From: Octopus sinensis
Lineage: Eukaryota
Length of the DNA: 56,508 nt
Assembly (NCBI RefSeq): GCF_006345805.1
Contig: NW_021832572.1
Location: forward strand, 1 to 56,508
Reading direction: 5' to 3'
How positions within the stretch are numbered: position 1 is the stretch's first letter; the number at the start of each line of letters is the position of its first letter. Below the pieces are notes generated by a model. The model did no database searches. It was not told the DNA's origin and worked only from the letters and a program-made list of their open reading frames with translations. Positions 13,590 to 26,896 of the stretch are shown piece after piece. A program made the translations under genes and the position numbers.

Positions 13590-13717
13590 AAAAATTTACC
13601 TTAATTTTTTTTCAATTTTTAATGCATTTTTTTTGCTATTTTTTGGCTATAACTCTCTAAAAATGCTTATATAGTTATTTCCCTTACAACCCGAGCAACG
13701 CCGGGCGATACTGCTAG
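13590..13717 (+). mobile_element. Helitron 3' end
   Basis: acccgagcaacgccgggcgatactgCTAG|T. Nearly identical to the 3' end of 34916-35285. Confidence 0.85.
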
Positions 13718-13824
13718 TATATATATATAATATATATATATGTATATATATATGAATATATGTATATATATATATGCATATATATATATATAATATATAT
13801 ATATATGTGTATATGTATATATAT

Positions 13825-13907
<83 letters not shown>

Positions 13908-14034
13908 TTATATGTATTGTTAAACGGAGATTAATATTATGAAATACAGTAAATACATAAATGTAGAAATGTAATACATGTAAAAATGTCCGACTTACAC
14001 AGAATACAAATGATATTGAGAATTAAAAGTGTTG

Positions 14035-14065
<31 letters not shown>

Positions 14066-14072
14066 GTACACA

Positions 14073-14301
14073 GGCAGCGAGCTGGTAGAAACGTTAGCAC
14101 GCCGGGCGAAATGCGTTGCCGTATTACGTCTGCCGTTACGTTCTGAGTTCAAATTCCGCCGAGGTCGACTTTGCCTTTCATCCTTCCGGGGTCGATAAAT
14201 TAAGTACCAGTTACGCTCTGGGGTCGATGTAATCGACTTAATCCCTTTGTCTGTCCTTGTGTGTCTCCTCTGTGTTTAGCCTCTTGTGGGTAGTAAAGAA
14301 A
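14073..14301 (+). mobile_element. tRNA-derived SINE, family 2
   Basis: Head ggcagcgagctggtagaa ... gagttcaaattcc (A/B boxes), central gactttgcctttcatccttccggggtcgataaa, tail ending gtgggtagtaaagaaa. Confidence 0.85.
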
Positions 14302-14312
14302 TATATATATAT

Positions 14313-14406
<94 letters not shown>

Positions 14407-15286
14407 TATGTGTGTGTCTATGTGTATTTTCGTGCGTGTGTGTATAAACTATCACCTATTCATTAGTCCCCCTAAAAATGACACGCTAAAATATATTTGG
14501 GCAGTAATACTTAGTGTAGTCGTTGATTATGGTCAGTCCGATAATTATCAGTGGTTTCACGTCCATTGTTACTCTGGGCAATATAGATTACTCATAACAG
14601 TTACTAATTGAAGGCATAGAACCTCTTTACAAATGGCGGTAAAACACACTCTTAGTCATCCAGGCTAGTGAAAAATAACGAGAAATAAGACTCTGAAACG
14701 AAATTCTCTGAAGTAAAATTTTGTTTTGGCTGAGATGAATTTATCTCCCTTTGACCACTTCCATTTGTGTCCGTACAATGTTTTTTTATGCCCTATTTCC
14801 GTTCATGAGTTAGCAAGCGGAGAATTCCAGGTCTCCAGCATGAATTTTCTCTGATGTGGACCCCAGCTAAATATCTTACATTTGGAAATTTAGGGTCAAT
14901 AGAATTTTCTTCAATTCCAGAAGTGAGATGTTTTGCCAGTGCCCACATGGGAGAACATTTACGTTGAAGACATGGAATTCCTCGTCTACTGACTAGCGGA
15001 CGGAATTCTTACATAAACTGACACTTTCTGGACACAAATGAAACCAATCAATGCAGATAACTCCGTCTCACCCAGAAGGTTTCTTTCCTACACAGCATTT
15101 CGTTAATGTGTAATTTTCACAACCCACATTGAGTAAAATATCTCCATTAATAAGAAGGTAATGTGCCTCCAGCCATTAGCTCTAGCGTGACGCCACTATA
15201 GTTAAGAATAATAATAAACGTAAAACCAATGGCAACATTCTGACTGATCTTAATCAACGACGTGTGTGTAATTACGATTGTTTCAG

Positions 15287-15531
15287 CTACATTTTTCGTA
15301 TAACTATCTGACATATTTGTCTCCCAATCCGCAGTGTTTTACAATGAAGATCATTCCATCTGTAATTCTGGGTTTTTATGAAGCCTACACTGTTTTCACT
15401 GCCAATAGTATTGGAGGGATTATCCTCACTCCAGAAATCAAAAATGTTTGCTTCTCCATTCTGCCATACAAAGATTTTCTTAGTAAGATCTTTGCACAAC
15501 CCAATATAGAAATGGCAAAATATTTGCGGCT
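15287..15531 (-). CDS. Exon 3 (last coding exon) of the PAN + C-type lectin gene
   Basis: Polypyrimidine tract and TTCCAG| acceptor. Encodes FYIGL, FVWQNG, FWSEDNPSN, ENSV, RWNDLHC and ICQ, then TAG at 15289-15287. The three exons total 780 nt in frame. Confidence 0.85.
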
Positions 15532-16571
15532 CTGGAACATAAAACAAAAGCAAAAAGAAAAAATTATATATATTGATTAATAATCGGCTTGTTGGAACTT
15601 GTTTATAATTCGATGTATATTGACCATTATATTGTCTTGCTTCAATTGTAGTAGTAGTAGCTGCTGCTATAGTTTAGCCCCTGTTTAGCACTGATACGTC
15701 ATGGAATTCTGCCTTATTTGTGTTGACAGTGTATGTTTGACTGTATTCTCTTATTCGAGAAAGTTGATTGCCGTCTCTCGTAAGTTGAATGGTCACTCAG
15801 CGTAGATATTTTCACACACAAAGCCGCAGCTCACCGAGAACTTGCATTTGATTCCCTGGTATGCTCCAAGTTTCTGGGTAGTCAGAAAATTACAAAATAT
15901 TTTGAAGCGAGGCAAAATGCAATGCGCATCGCTATCCTCGTTTAAAAATAATACTTATAAATAGAAACAGACCTGCGAACTTTCGTACCTACCATTTCAA
16001 AATCTAACGGACGAACTTACTTAACCCCATTCAGCGTGCTTTGAATTGGAAAAGTTTGAAAATCGGCATAATTGGCTAAAGCATATTTCCACGTTTCTGA
16101 TACAAATATAAACTTAACAACTTGTTTCAATTAAAATAAAACTAGCAATCTTAACATTCATGTATACTGGTTTCAGCAATTGAACTACAGTTACACTGTC
16201 TTAGTCTTATAACTATTGCATAGAAAATACGGCTATTTGCAAACTAGAAATGAAATAAAGTCGGCTTAGGAATGCTGAAATCAGATTTTGCCGGGAGAGT
16301 GTTATCTGATAAAATAAGTGTTCCGTCAGAGTCGATTTGAGTAAATAACAGAAACCAGTATATCTAGGAAGTCGGAATTTACTGGCTTATCGAAATAGAT
16401 AGAGCCATTATGTATACAAAATTTACATGGGTAAAAGAAGATTCATTTAATATCTTAGACCAATACGATTTTCTCATTGTTCATAAATGAGGTGATTATA
16501 ATGAAAGAGCTAGAAAAAACAACCGTAGCAGCAACGGTAGCAACAACAATAGTATTATTAGTATTGGTTGT

Positions 16572-16638
16572 AGAAGTAGTAGTAGTAGTAGTAGTTGTTG
16601 TTGTAGTAGTAGTAGTAATTGTAGTAGTAGTAGTAGTG

Positions 16639-16687
<49 letters not shown>
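16572..16687. repeat. (GTA)n compound trinucleotide microsatellite in intron 2
   Basis: gtagtagta... with gtt/gtg variants. Confidence 0.95.
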
Positions 16688-18107
16688 CCTCGGATTGCTC
16701 CAAGCAAGAAGACGACTTCATATGAAAGACACCTCATTCTTGACACCAGTCTTTTTGTGCATAACTACGTGCACGAGGCCTTATATGTCGTTATTTTCTC
16801 GTGACTGTAGGTGCGACTTAAAGATAATTTAACTGTGGTTTCTAGCCGGTCGAACAACACTGATGTTCCGAGAAATATTGTATTTGACAATCTGAAGGGA
16901 TTGCATACAGAATAGCCAGAGAATGGAAATTGAATTTGCTCATGATCTTTTACCAGATATATTACCTCAGAGAAATATAAGTATGAATGTTAGGATTCTT
17001 AAACCCCAAAGTTAACAACAAGCATTTACTGTTGTAGTTTTAGTTCTAATTGTTCTTTTATTATTTCTTTTGATAGTTTCGTTGAGTATTAAGCTGAAAC
17101 ATAAATTGTTAATGACTTTTTACATTGTGAATTTATATCCCGCCCAGGTCAACTACGCCTTATATTTCTCCGCTATCAATGTAATAGACCCGCCTCAAAT
17201 TTTAGGTTTTGTGCCCGTTAGAAATCATTACGAGGTCTTCGATGAATCATAACCTGTCGTATATATTAATATAAATTATATTCTTGTTATTAACGTAGAT
17301 GCTGAAATCTGTTTATCGATCTTTGTGGCTTGAGAACGGTTACATGTTCATCATATATATAACTAATTATTTACAATGAAAAAAGTTGAACTAACTAATA
17401 TGGTAGGTAAATTATTTATTTAGTCTCTTTGCATATGAATTCACTACTGAAGAGAATTAAACTTTCATATTATTTAAATTTGAAAGGATGCTTCTTATGA
17501 ATTTGCTGATCAATGAAATCGACACTAAAGATTTACTATACGCATTGGCGCTATGTCGATTAAAACCAAAATCAAAATTCATAAAGGGATCCATTTCGTT
17601 GAGACTATGTTTATATTGTCAGTAATGTTCCTGCAATAAGGTAATTCAATGCTCTAAACCGTCATGACAATTGTCCTTACTAATATTGAAGAGGGTGTAG
17701 TCCAAAAGATGTTACATAATACGAAAACATTGGTTGAAAAGAAATTACATTCTGTAAAATCTCCAACAATTTATAACAATACGATTTATAACAAAATATT
17801 TCCATTGTCTCAACATTCTACTCGAATTTGAATATGTAACAAACAGAATAAAATCTAAAATAGATCATAACTGAAGTATTTTTGAACTGGCAAAGTTATT
17901 TTCTTTTGAAACTCATTGACAATAAATGACAATTCTTTAAAACACATATATGAAATTAAATGATTGCATTCGATATTTTATCAAAACTTGGTGTATTTTC
18001 TCATCGAAAAAGAAATAATCAGAGTAGAAAGTACAAATATGAGAAAAATTAGAAGTAAAACGGAATGTAATTTGCGAAATGGCATAAAATTTTAAATGAA
18101 AATATTA

Positions 18108-18523
18108 GCAGTGGCTGTGTTGTAAGTAGGTGTAGGAGTGGATGTGCAGTAAGTAACTTGCTTACCAACCACATGATTCCGAGTTCAATCCCACCGCGTG
18201 GCACCTTGGGCAAGTGTCGGCCGAAGCCTTGTGAGTAGATTTGGTAGACGGAAACTGAAAGAAGTCCGTCGTATATATGTATATATATATGTACGTGTGT
18301 GTGTATATGTTTGTGTGTCTGTGTTTGTCCCGCCAACATCGCTTGACAACCAATGCTGGTGTGTTTACATCACCGTAACGTAGTGGTTCGGTAAAAGAGA
18401 CCGATAGCATAAGCACTAGGCTTACAAAGAATAAGTCCTAGGATCGTTTTGCTCGACTAAAGGCGGTGCTCCAGAATGGCTACAGTGAAAAGACTAAAAC
18501 AAGTAAAAAAGGGGCAAAAGAGT
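18108..18523 (+). mobile_element. tRNA-derived SINE, family 1, in intron 2 of the lectin gene
   Basis: Same head, CORE-like motif and tail as 2923-3302. The head's A-box segment is locally duplicated (18108-18128). Confidence 0.9.
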
Positions 18524-18673
18524 AAACAGTTATAGTTTATATTAGATATATATTTTGGTTACATTTGGGTGTGTGGAGAGAGAGAAAGAGAGAGGGAGAA
18601 AGAGAGTGAGAGAAAGAGAGAGACAGTTTTTGTGTGTGAATGAGTGTGTATAAAATAGTAAAATGTAGCACAC

Positions 18674-18853
18674 CCCATGGTAATAGTGCTTTTAGATAGT
18701 TCATTACTTCTAAATTTCTAATGTGAATAAGTCGTCCTCGATCCTTATTGCAATTGTCTGCAGCTTCATTCCATGAAATTTTCGTTGAACCTATTTGATA
18801 ACACAATCTCAATTCTGGTTGGTAAGTGTAGCCGGCTGATGTAGGACATTCAG
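18674..18853 (-). CDS. Exon 2 of the PAN + C-type lectin gene (N-terminal half of the CTLD)
   Basis: Acceptor TATATAG|CT, 180 bp, phase 1 to phase 1. Translates (P)ECPTSAGYTYQPELRLCYQIGSTKISWNEAADNCNKDRGRLIHIRNLEVMNYLKALLPW, a long-form CTLD start. The donor G|GTGTGC is weak but keeps the frame. Confidence 0.85.
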
Positions 18854-19763
18854 CTATATATAGGTGGGCAAGAGAAATATGTTTCTTCTGTTAGATCATG
18901 CGGTAAAGTAATAGCTTATTCTAATTTCAGGTGGCTTTTAACCATTAACTGACTTAGAAATATCGTCTCTTACCAAGTGCACCTCAGTTAAAAATGGTTT
19001 GTATCTGTACACTGGCAAGTAGAATTTATAGACACTTCCATTCCAGTCTTGCTTTTGCATGCACAATAAATCTCTTTCTAGAATTTACTTTTCTTCAGCA
19101 CTCTCTCAACCTCCCGCCAACATAGTTAGCAGCTCTAAAAGTTCCTTTATTCATTAAAATGCAAGACAGTGTGACCAGACGATATTTCAGCCAGCAACAT
19201 TAAAAATGCATGATTAAGAGCTGGTGCTAAACTCACCTATTTTGATAGTTTTCACCTCTTTATGAACGTGTATATTATGAACAGGTTATTACATCATTAA
19301 AGCTTAAAGAAGTAACCTTTCTAACTTTAATGGTTACATAAATGGCTATATACATTTTAACATAGTTATAGAAACACGGTTCTGTAACGTTAGATACATA
19401 GAAAAAGCGAAGAAACTTTTCTAAACAATTCACAGACAAAACAACACTAAATGTGTACGATTAATTACAAGTGTAAAATTAATAGCTACCTGAAAGGAAG
19501 CTGTGAACAATTTTAAATTAATTCTGACTAAACTTATTGTCTATTTTGAAAAAAACACAACAAATACAAATATCAGTGAATAAACAAACTCTTCATAGCT
19601 AAACGTACGTACGTCTCCTTTGAGCAACTCTTGACTACAATCACTGTATACAATGGAGCTAGGATCGGAACAAAGGCGCAAGAAGCACTAGCTTAAAGGC
19701 CGTATTCCGTGCGGACATTTAAGGTAGCTTCTGCGGAGGGCTAATTGGGTCTGCGAGCCAAAA

Positions 19764-19926
<163 letters not shown>

Positions 19927-20149
19927 TTCACCATGATACGGCTATAATGACTATATGCCTCGGTGGTGTTCGATCTGAGGTTAAAGACGGATGAGAATTA
20001 ATTCTGTAATGTATTCATTCTATTGCTCCAGTTCCATGTTGAATTCCAATTGTTGGCTTATTTTTCCCAAAGTTCTTAGATCTTGTATACAATTTATTTG
20101 AATTTTGGTTTCGGCCCAGGTTGGTGTTAATTTTGAACTGTTGAATCTT

Positions 20150-22625
20150 TGAACTGTTGTTTGTAAAAATTGTTACTTTGTTGAATTGTTTGACGAATTT
20201 TTAATGTAATTTAAACACATAGCTTGTTAAGCAAGCTTGTACTTTTTGTTGCTTCTCTATCTGCACGAGGAATGGAGGTGGAGATGCCAGGTGCAAAGAA
20301 AAGTGGAAGCTACGCAGCAGTAGCCGGTTAAATGAATGTACCTATTGATAAACTGCGAAAATGTAAGAAGTTTACCGAAAAGGAGGGAGGCAAAGTAAAG
20401 CTGACTCCTCCTGAAGACTTGTTAGCAGAAATAGAAATGAAAACTGTTATTGACAGGACACTCAACACGAAAGAATGAAAAATGGAAGTAGCGAAAGAGT
20501 AGGATATCGAAAGATGTATTAAGGAAAAAAAAACTTCTTACACTCGTGGAAAGAAATTCGGTACAGTGGAGGTGAGATTCATCTCAACAGAAGAAGCATT
20601 AAGAACTCCACTGTATCTATTGCAAATGAGGAATGGAAGCTCCTGCCAACTTACTTGGGTAGAAGAATAAACAGAGTAAGGGTTGGTAGGATTCCTCCGG
20701 AAATGAAGAAGAAATGGATAGCGGCGGCAGTCCTATCCACTACAAAAGAAGAGCTCAGCATAGGGTCAGCTACAAGAACGCAGAAACTAAACTGCTGGGG
20801 ACACGGCCTTGAGTTGCTGGTTCACATAACTCTGGCGGATATGAACGAGATTCCAGAAGTAATTGAACTCCCAGATGAGGGAACACTAAATGTTTCAGTG
20901 GAGGAGCGACTCCTCACTTGCTACGGAAGTAGACGGAAGGGGCACATAAAAAAGTGCCCCCAGATAAACAATGAAACTAGATAAAATCTGTATGAACAAA
21001 GTCGGAGTACCGAAATGACAAGCCCCGCACAGGAGAAGTGTACGGAGGATAGAGAAGAAGAGGGATTTACAGAAGTACCCAAAAGAATGAGAAAGGAAAC
21101 AGTGAATACATCCCACTAAAAGTCGAAAAAAGAAAAAGAAAAATAGTAAAACAGAAGACATTGTACAGCAAACACACGATACACTTTACACTCACACAGC
21201 AAATATCACCACCAGTAACACCAATAAAAAAAGGAATCAACTCCAGATAGTCCGAGTTCACCTTGTAGACAAACAGACAAGCATAACACACAGTCCCTCA
21301 AAGGGCCCTGAAAAAACAAAGCGCTTATTGTGACATACACAAAATCTACGGCAATTGAACGAAAAATCACCATGTTCAAATCGGTGATTAGAGTGAAATT
21401 ATCGGTTGAAGAATATACAGAAAACACTAAACGTATACTAATAGACACGGAAAGATATGCTAACTTAAAGGAATGGTTCGGACAAACATAGACCCATTAG
21501 GAGTGGAGGTGGCATATGATGACTCACCTCTAGTCGTGGACTATGACGATTTGAAACCGTATACTGGTAAAACAAGTAAGCAAGTTTTTAATATAAAATA
21601 GAAAAAGAAAACGAAAAGACTACTTCGATAGGTAGTAACAGACCTCGAGAAGATTGGAAGTCACTGGGAGCTGCTCAAGAAGGAGGGGAAAGCCTGCGAT
21701 TGACTCCTCCAGAAGAAATGACCAATAGTACCAGGAGGACAGTGTGCTACAGAACGCTGTCCTTATCCAGCAAGAAAATTGAGATAGTGACGGAGGAGGC
21801 TATAGAAATATGCCTAGAAAATGTCAAAAGTGTAACCACCTGCTATACCAGAGGAAGAAAGTACGGCAAAGTGCAGGTGAGGTTTACCACGGAAGAAGAG
21901 GCAATCAATCACTCCACTGTACCTCTGAGATCACAGGAATGGGCACTCCTGCCAACCTACTGCGGTTAAAGAGTCGTGAGCATTAAGGTTGGCAGGATAC
22001 CGCCAGAAATAGAGGAAGCATGGTTGGTAGTAGCCATAACTTATGAAACGGAAGAAATCAAAATATTGCATGTCACAAGAACTAAGAAGTGAAATTGTTG
22101 AAATTGTTGGAGTTATGGACTGGAAAAGGTGGTCCAAGTCACCCAAGAAGAATTAAATGTGATAACGGAAGAAATACATCCCCAGTACCCCATGTAGTAA
22201 TACAGACCTAAATGCAGACAAACAAAACACTCAGAGTGAAATTTCTGGCTGAGGCGAAACCGGAATACACCAAATGTATATAAATAGACGGAGAAAAATA
22301 CACAAAATTAAGAGAAATATTTGGTTCACTAATTGACCCGTTAGGAGAGGAGGTGGAAACAGAACCCTACCTCCAGTCGTAGATTACAAAGACAATACAG
22401 CACCTGAACTAGTAAATATATTAAGTACAATTTTTATTGATGAAAGTTTGATATTAAAAAAAAAACTGAAAAAAACCCCAGTTAAATGTAACCACCCGAA
22501 AGTGGGACTCGAGTGGCCATTTCACTTGCATTTTTCATATAATGTTTTCTCCCCACTTGTATTGTTCTGTCTGTCCTTGTACCGTCCGCTCTGTGTTTCG
22601 GGCCTTTGTGCCTAATAAAGAATTA
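20150..22625 (+). mobile_element. Decayed Tx1/L1-clade derivative with two tandem ORF1 relics and no ORF2
   Basis: TTG-rich leader, SYAAVAG motif, two copies of RG(K/R)K(F/Y)G.V.VRF...LLPTY.G...VGRIPPE, a CCHC-like knuckle relic (CYGSRRKGHIKKC), and a tail ending ctaataaagaa. Confidence 0.7.
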
Positions 22626-24203
22626 AGCAGAGAAAAAGCCGAGAGTAGCGTATTGTCGAGGGTCAATACTAGCATCTTGAGTGGAACGATTTGCTAATAC
22701 GTTATTATTATCCCGTTATATCGTACCTCGAACGTGCGATACAACAACTAGTAAGCTGCATATTTATGGTAGTATAATAGTATGTGTAAAACATATTGGC
22801 GATAGCAAATAAACTATTGACAACATGTACAATGACACAAAAAAGCAAAACTATTGAAAAAGAAATAGATATTATTACATAAAAGCAAACATACGACAGT
22901 TGTATTGATAAAATAGACACCAGTATTTGGTCTTGTTTCTGGCCTAGTGCTCATCTTAGAAACAATAATCTATACGTTTATTGAAAACTTACCTAGAGTT
23001 GTGCGTGTATAAGATTAGTTAATGTTGTTCCTGCTACGCATACGTGGTTAAGTGATTCTTTTGTTTGAAGGATTTACGTCAACAGTAGAAAGTTAGTTTA
23101 ACTGCAAGCACGCACTCATTGCTAACTTTCTCCCTCTGTCTGTGTGTCTGTCTCTCTCAATCTATCTCTCTTTCTCTGTCTCACTCTCTCTTATTCTCGC
23201 TTTCTTCATATCATGTAATGTGAGATGAAATATTTGGTAAATACAGCTTAGTATCTGTCCCTCGTTATATTATACTACAAGATATTCCCGAAGTTTGTGG
23301 TGAAATATTTGGGGAAATCTAATGAAACAGTTCACAACTATTTTCGATTTCAGCGAAGACATTACGTCTGAAGATAGAACAGGAGAACAGTAGAATAATT
23401 CATTTGTAAATTTTGAGGTATTTCATTAAAGAAATCCAGCAATGATATGAGTGTGAAGGTTAGTGTAATTAAAATGCAAGTATAATGAACCTGTGAGAGA
23501 TGACAGTGCATGCAAGCTTACGAAATAAACAACCATAATATTGTAATAAATGACTAAATTAAGAAATGCTGTGTGCACGCTATGCCATATACTTTGAATA
23601 CAATAGAATGATAACACAGTGGTAGTATTTGCGCGGTTAAGACGCTATCTTGAGTTTAATTTCACTGTACAGTACCCTAAAATGTATTTTCTGTCATCTA
23701 CGTTGAATAGAAAAAAGTGTAATTGAAATCTCTCTATGTTCGTTCGACCTTCTATAACGAACAGCCAAACCTCACTGAAATCATATCCTCGTCTTAGAGA
23801 AAGAACATATAAGATGATATATGTTCTAGAAAGCACTAAAACACATGAGATAATTACGGTGGAAATGCCTTTGATCATATTAAGGATTACCATTAACTAT
23901 CAGGATTAACCATAGCTTCCACAACAACAAGAACAGCAACAACAACACATTTAAGGGGAAACGTAAATTAATCTGAAAGAAATATATGGAAAGCAAAAGG
24001 TCAAAAACATAGTTAGGGATATGACTGATGCTGCTTCAATTAGAAGAACATTCAGAATGGGTGGAAGGTAAAGAATAATAGAAAAGAAATACATAACTAT
24101 TCTTTGAACATTGGTTTCCTTGAAGAGGGTCTACTAGAGGATGATGGAAAGTAAATATATACACATCATGTAAAATAGAAAAGAATCTCAAAACACTACT
24201 CAC

Positions 24204-24558
24204 GGGCTTGTAGCATGGTGTAAATACTGTTTGCAGGAATGTCGATGAACGATGAGGCACCAGGTAATTGCTTGATTTTACGCAGGATGCATACTTTCTC
24301 GGAAACGCTGTAAATAGTCATACCACATTCGGAATATGTCATACAAAGAGAGAAGCACTCAATTCGTGATCGAATGTTTGACATCTGAATTAATTTGTCA
24401 TCTTCTGGAATGGCATTTAGAGGAGGTGGAACACGAATCCCATAATATTCTCTGAATGCTACATTAATGCCCAAGCATATTTGGAATAATAGCATTGAGA
24501 AAATAATTACGTAAACATTTGCTATATGAATGTCGTGACTAACTGAGAAGCAAAGCAT
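24204..24558 (-). CDS. Exon 1 of a secreted PAN/apple + C-type lectin protein (signal peptide and PAN-like module)
   Basis: ATG at 24558. Hydrophobic stretch VYVIIFSMLLFQICLG is followed by the 4-Cys PAN-like pattern ECFSLCMTYSECGMTIYSVSEKVCIL. Ends at a phase-1 donor GCC C|GTGAGT. Confidence 0.8.
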
Positions 24559-25133
24559 ATTTGTTTACAATATTGTGATAGATGGAACTTCAAATGCTTT
24601 ACTAGTTGTTAAAGGATTATCACTTCTCTCACAGAAGAAATCTCGTCTGCTTTATGTCTTTTGAAATAATCGTTCTGATTTTGCTTTTCGGTTTCTCTGT
24701 TATAGAAGCGAAAATGTTTCCTGAAACAAAAGAAAAGGCGTGACTGTCTTCTCAAAGCCCAACTCCGAGTACTAGAATGACAACCTTTTACTGTGTTTTC
24801 TAAATTATATCACACACACACATATATATATGATAATCTGCATGTTCATTCACCCGTTATACATCAGTTAATTAGAGAGGTTGAGGTGGAGTGAGTGAGC
24901 GGTGAAGAGTGACAGATGGAGGAGGAGAGAAGAAAGAAGAGAGGAAGAAGTAGATAAAATTGATTAATATTTATACATTGACGCCAAATGGTCACATGAT
25001 CAGCTGAAGAGAGAGGCCACATATAAGCAAATTGTGTAAATGAGCCAATATAAGCAAATTAACCAAATAGAAGCACATGTTCTAACTGCTAATTTAACGG
25101 TAAATGGCACAATAATTATTATAGATAAATTTC

Positions 25134-25169
<36 letters not shown>

Positions 25170-26049
25170 TCGATGTATTAAATGTTAATTTAAGGTTTAA
25201 TATGTAACTGTAAATACCTTGCAACCTTGATTGTTGTTAACTGGCAATTGAACGGTAAATGTGTAAAATAAGGTGATCTTAGTGTTATCACGTTAAAATT
25301 AAAAGAGAAAGAATAAAAGTGAAACAATATTATTGCACACAGGTTTAGTCACTGGCTCGGCACCTATGTTTGTGTTCTTCATTCCAAATAGTAAAACCTT
25401 TAACTTACTTCCAAAATGGGAATTCTTCCATGTAAATCCGCGTGTGTATATGTGCAAGTGTGTGTTTAGGGAGGGGGGTGATGGTTTTAGTGCGCAAGAA
25501 AAATATTTACAGAAATGTACTCGTATAAATTCTATTAAAATAAGTTATCTTTATATGCCATGTTACCAATTCTCTACATAAATGATAGGAAAGTGTGTAT
25601 GCAATGAAATTAGAAACCTGGTTCAGTGACAGATCCATGAAGTTAGCAAAGTTTTAGCGTTTTTGGTACCAACATATTCTCTCTTATAATTAACTATTGG
25701 AAAAGAGAGAAAATGCCATCCTTTCTTTTGCAAGAAAAATTGATTTTGGCGATAAGGATTAAACCCTTGTTTCATTATCACAATTAAAAGGCGTTTATCT
25801 TTATTAAAAAAAAAAGAAGAGGTGGGGTTGTAGACCTATGACGGAGAATTATTCAATATCATGTTTGCATCTATCAGAATCGTTTACCTTTAAAGCGAAA
25901 AAACAAAACCGACGTATACGACAGGTATGTAAAACATATTTCTGTTTACTTTCTCTGTACATTCGCATAAGCTGTAGAAGTTATTGTGCGCGCACTCACA
26001 CAAACACAGAAAATTTCCAGACATTTAACTGTGATTTTTGGCAGTTCAT

Positions 26050-26517
26050 TTTCAGTTTTTGACAACGGGATGGGGTGACGAGGCGAGGGTGGGGGTGAAT
26101 GGATCAATTTTGGAATCCTTCATTGAACATTTTAAATTAAAAAAGTGTTTTTACCATATTCTTAATCTCCGTATTTTTCCACGTAGATTGAAAAAAGAAA
26201 AAAATGACAAAAAGTTAATTTAAAATTTGGGAGGGGGCAGGAATTTAAAATTTTGAAAACAGATTTGTTTGGCATATTCGGAATCTTCGTTATCGAGAAA
26301 ATAGGAATCCGCTGAAAAACATAAAAGAAACCGGAAGGGTCGTATAGAGAGTGGGGGTGGGGGAAGCTATTGCCCCTATTTGGGCAAGGGCCAAAATTTG
26401 AACCCTCTAGACCCTTCCTCGAGTAATGAAAAGCCGTCATGCCAAATTTAGTAGAGATTGTTTCAGCGGTTTGGTCGTGCATAGGGGAAACACACACACG
26501 CAGGGAATTATATGTAT
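26050..26517 (-). mobile_element. Older Helitron-like/DINE-like fragment
   Basis: Minus strand begins atacatataattccctgcgtgtgtgtgt ... aaatttggcatg, an architecture like the neighbouring Helitrons. No CTAG end found. Confidence 0.4.
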
Positions 26518-26518
26518 A

Positions 26519-26896
26519 CTAGCAGTATCGTCCGGCGTTGCTAGGGTTTGTTTCGATCCTTTAGAATTGGAATTTTTGAAAAGTAAAAGTTTGTTATTCT
26601 CTTTAAGTGAACATTTTTCTGGTTGAAATACACCGAAAAATGGCGACACAGCAGTCAAAAAATCGTAAAAAATAGGGATTTTCATAGAAAAAAAAAGCAA
26701 CTTTTTGATGTAAATAATTTTTGATGTTAACATGGTCTGATTTCAATTTTTTTCTTCTACGGAAGGAAGAGCAAGCCTTCTTCTATCATACTCTCAATTT
26801 CGGTCAACTTGCGCCGCTGGGTCTCGGAGGAGATAGTGTTAGTTGAAGGCTACCAAACTTGCCATAGACAGACAGCTTCAGCTTTATATAGAGAGA
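26519..26896 (-). mobile_element. Non-autonomous Helitron
   Basis: 5' TCTCTCTATATAAAG, 3' hairpin and CTAG, inserted between A and T, no TSD. Confidence 0.85.

Noticed and set aside
14790-15010. Short minus-strand open frame downstream of the lectin stop, considered as an extra exon
   Set aside because: No domain similarity or convincing splice sites, and the lectin frame already terminates at 15287.
16455-16746. Poly-T, poly-V and poly-Y ORFs
   Set aside because: Translations of the (GTA)n microsatellite.
17440-17500. CTGAAGA...GAAA spacing resembling a hammerhead
   Set aside because: Stem I cannot pair and stem III is minimal; expected by chance in AT-rich DNA.
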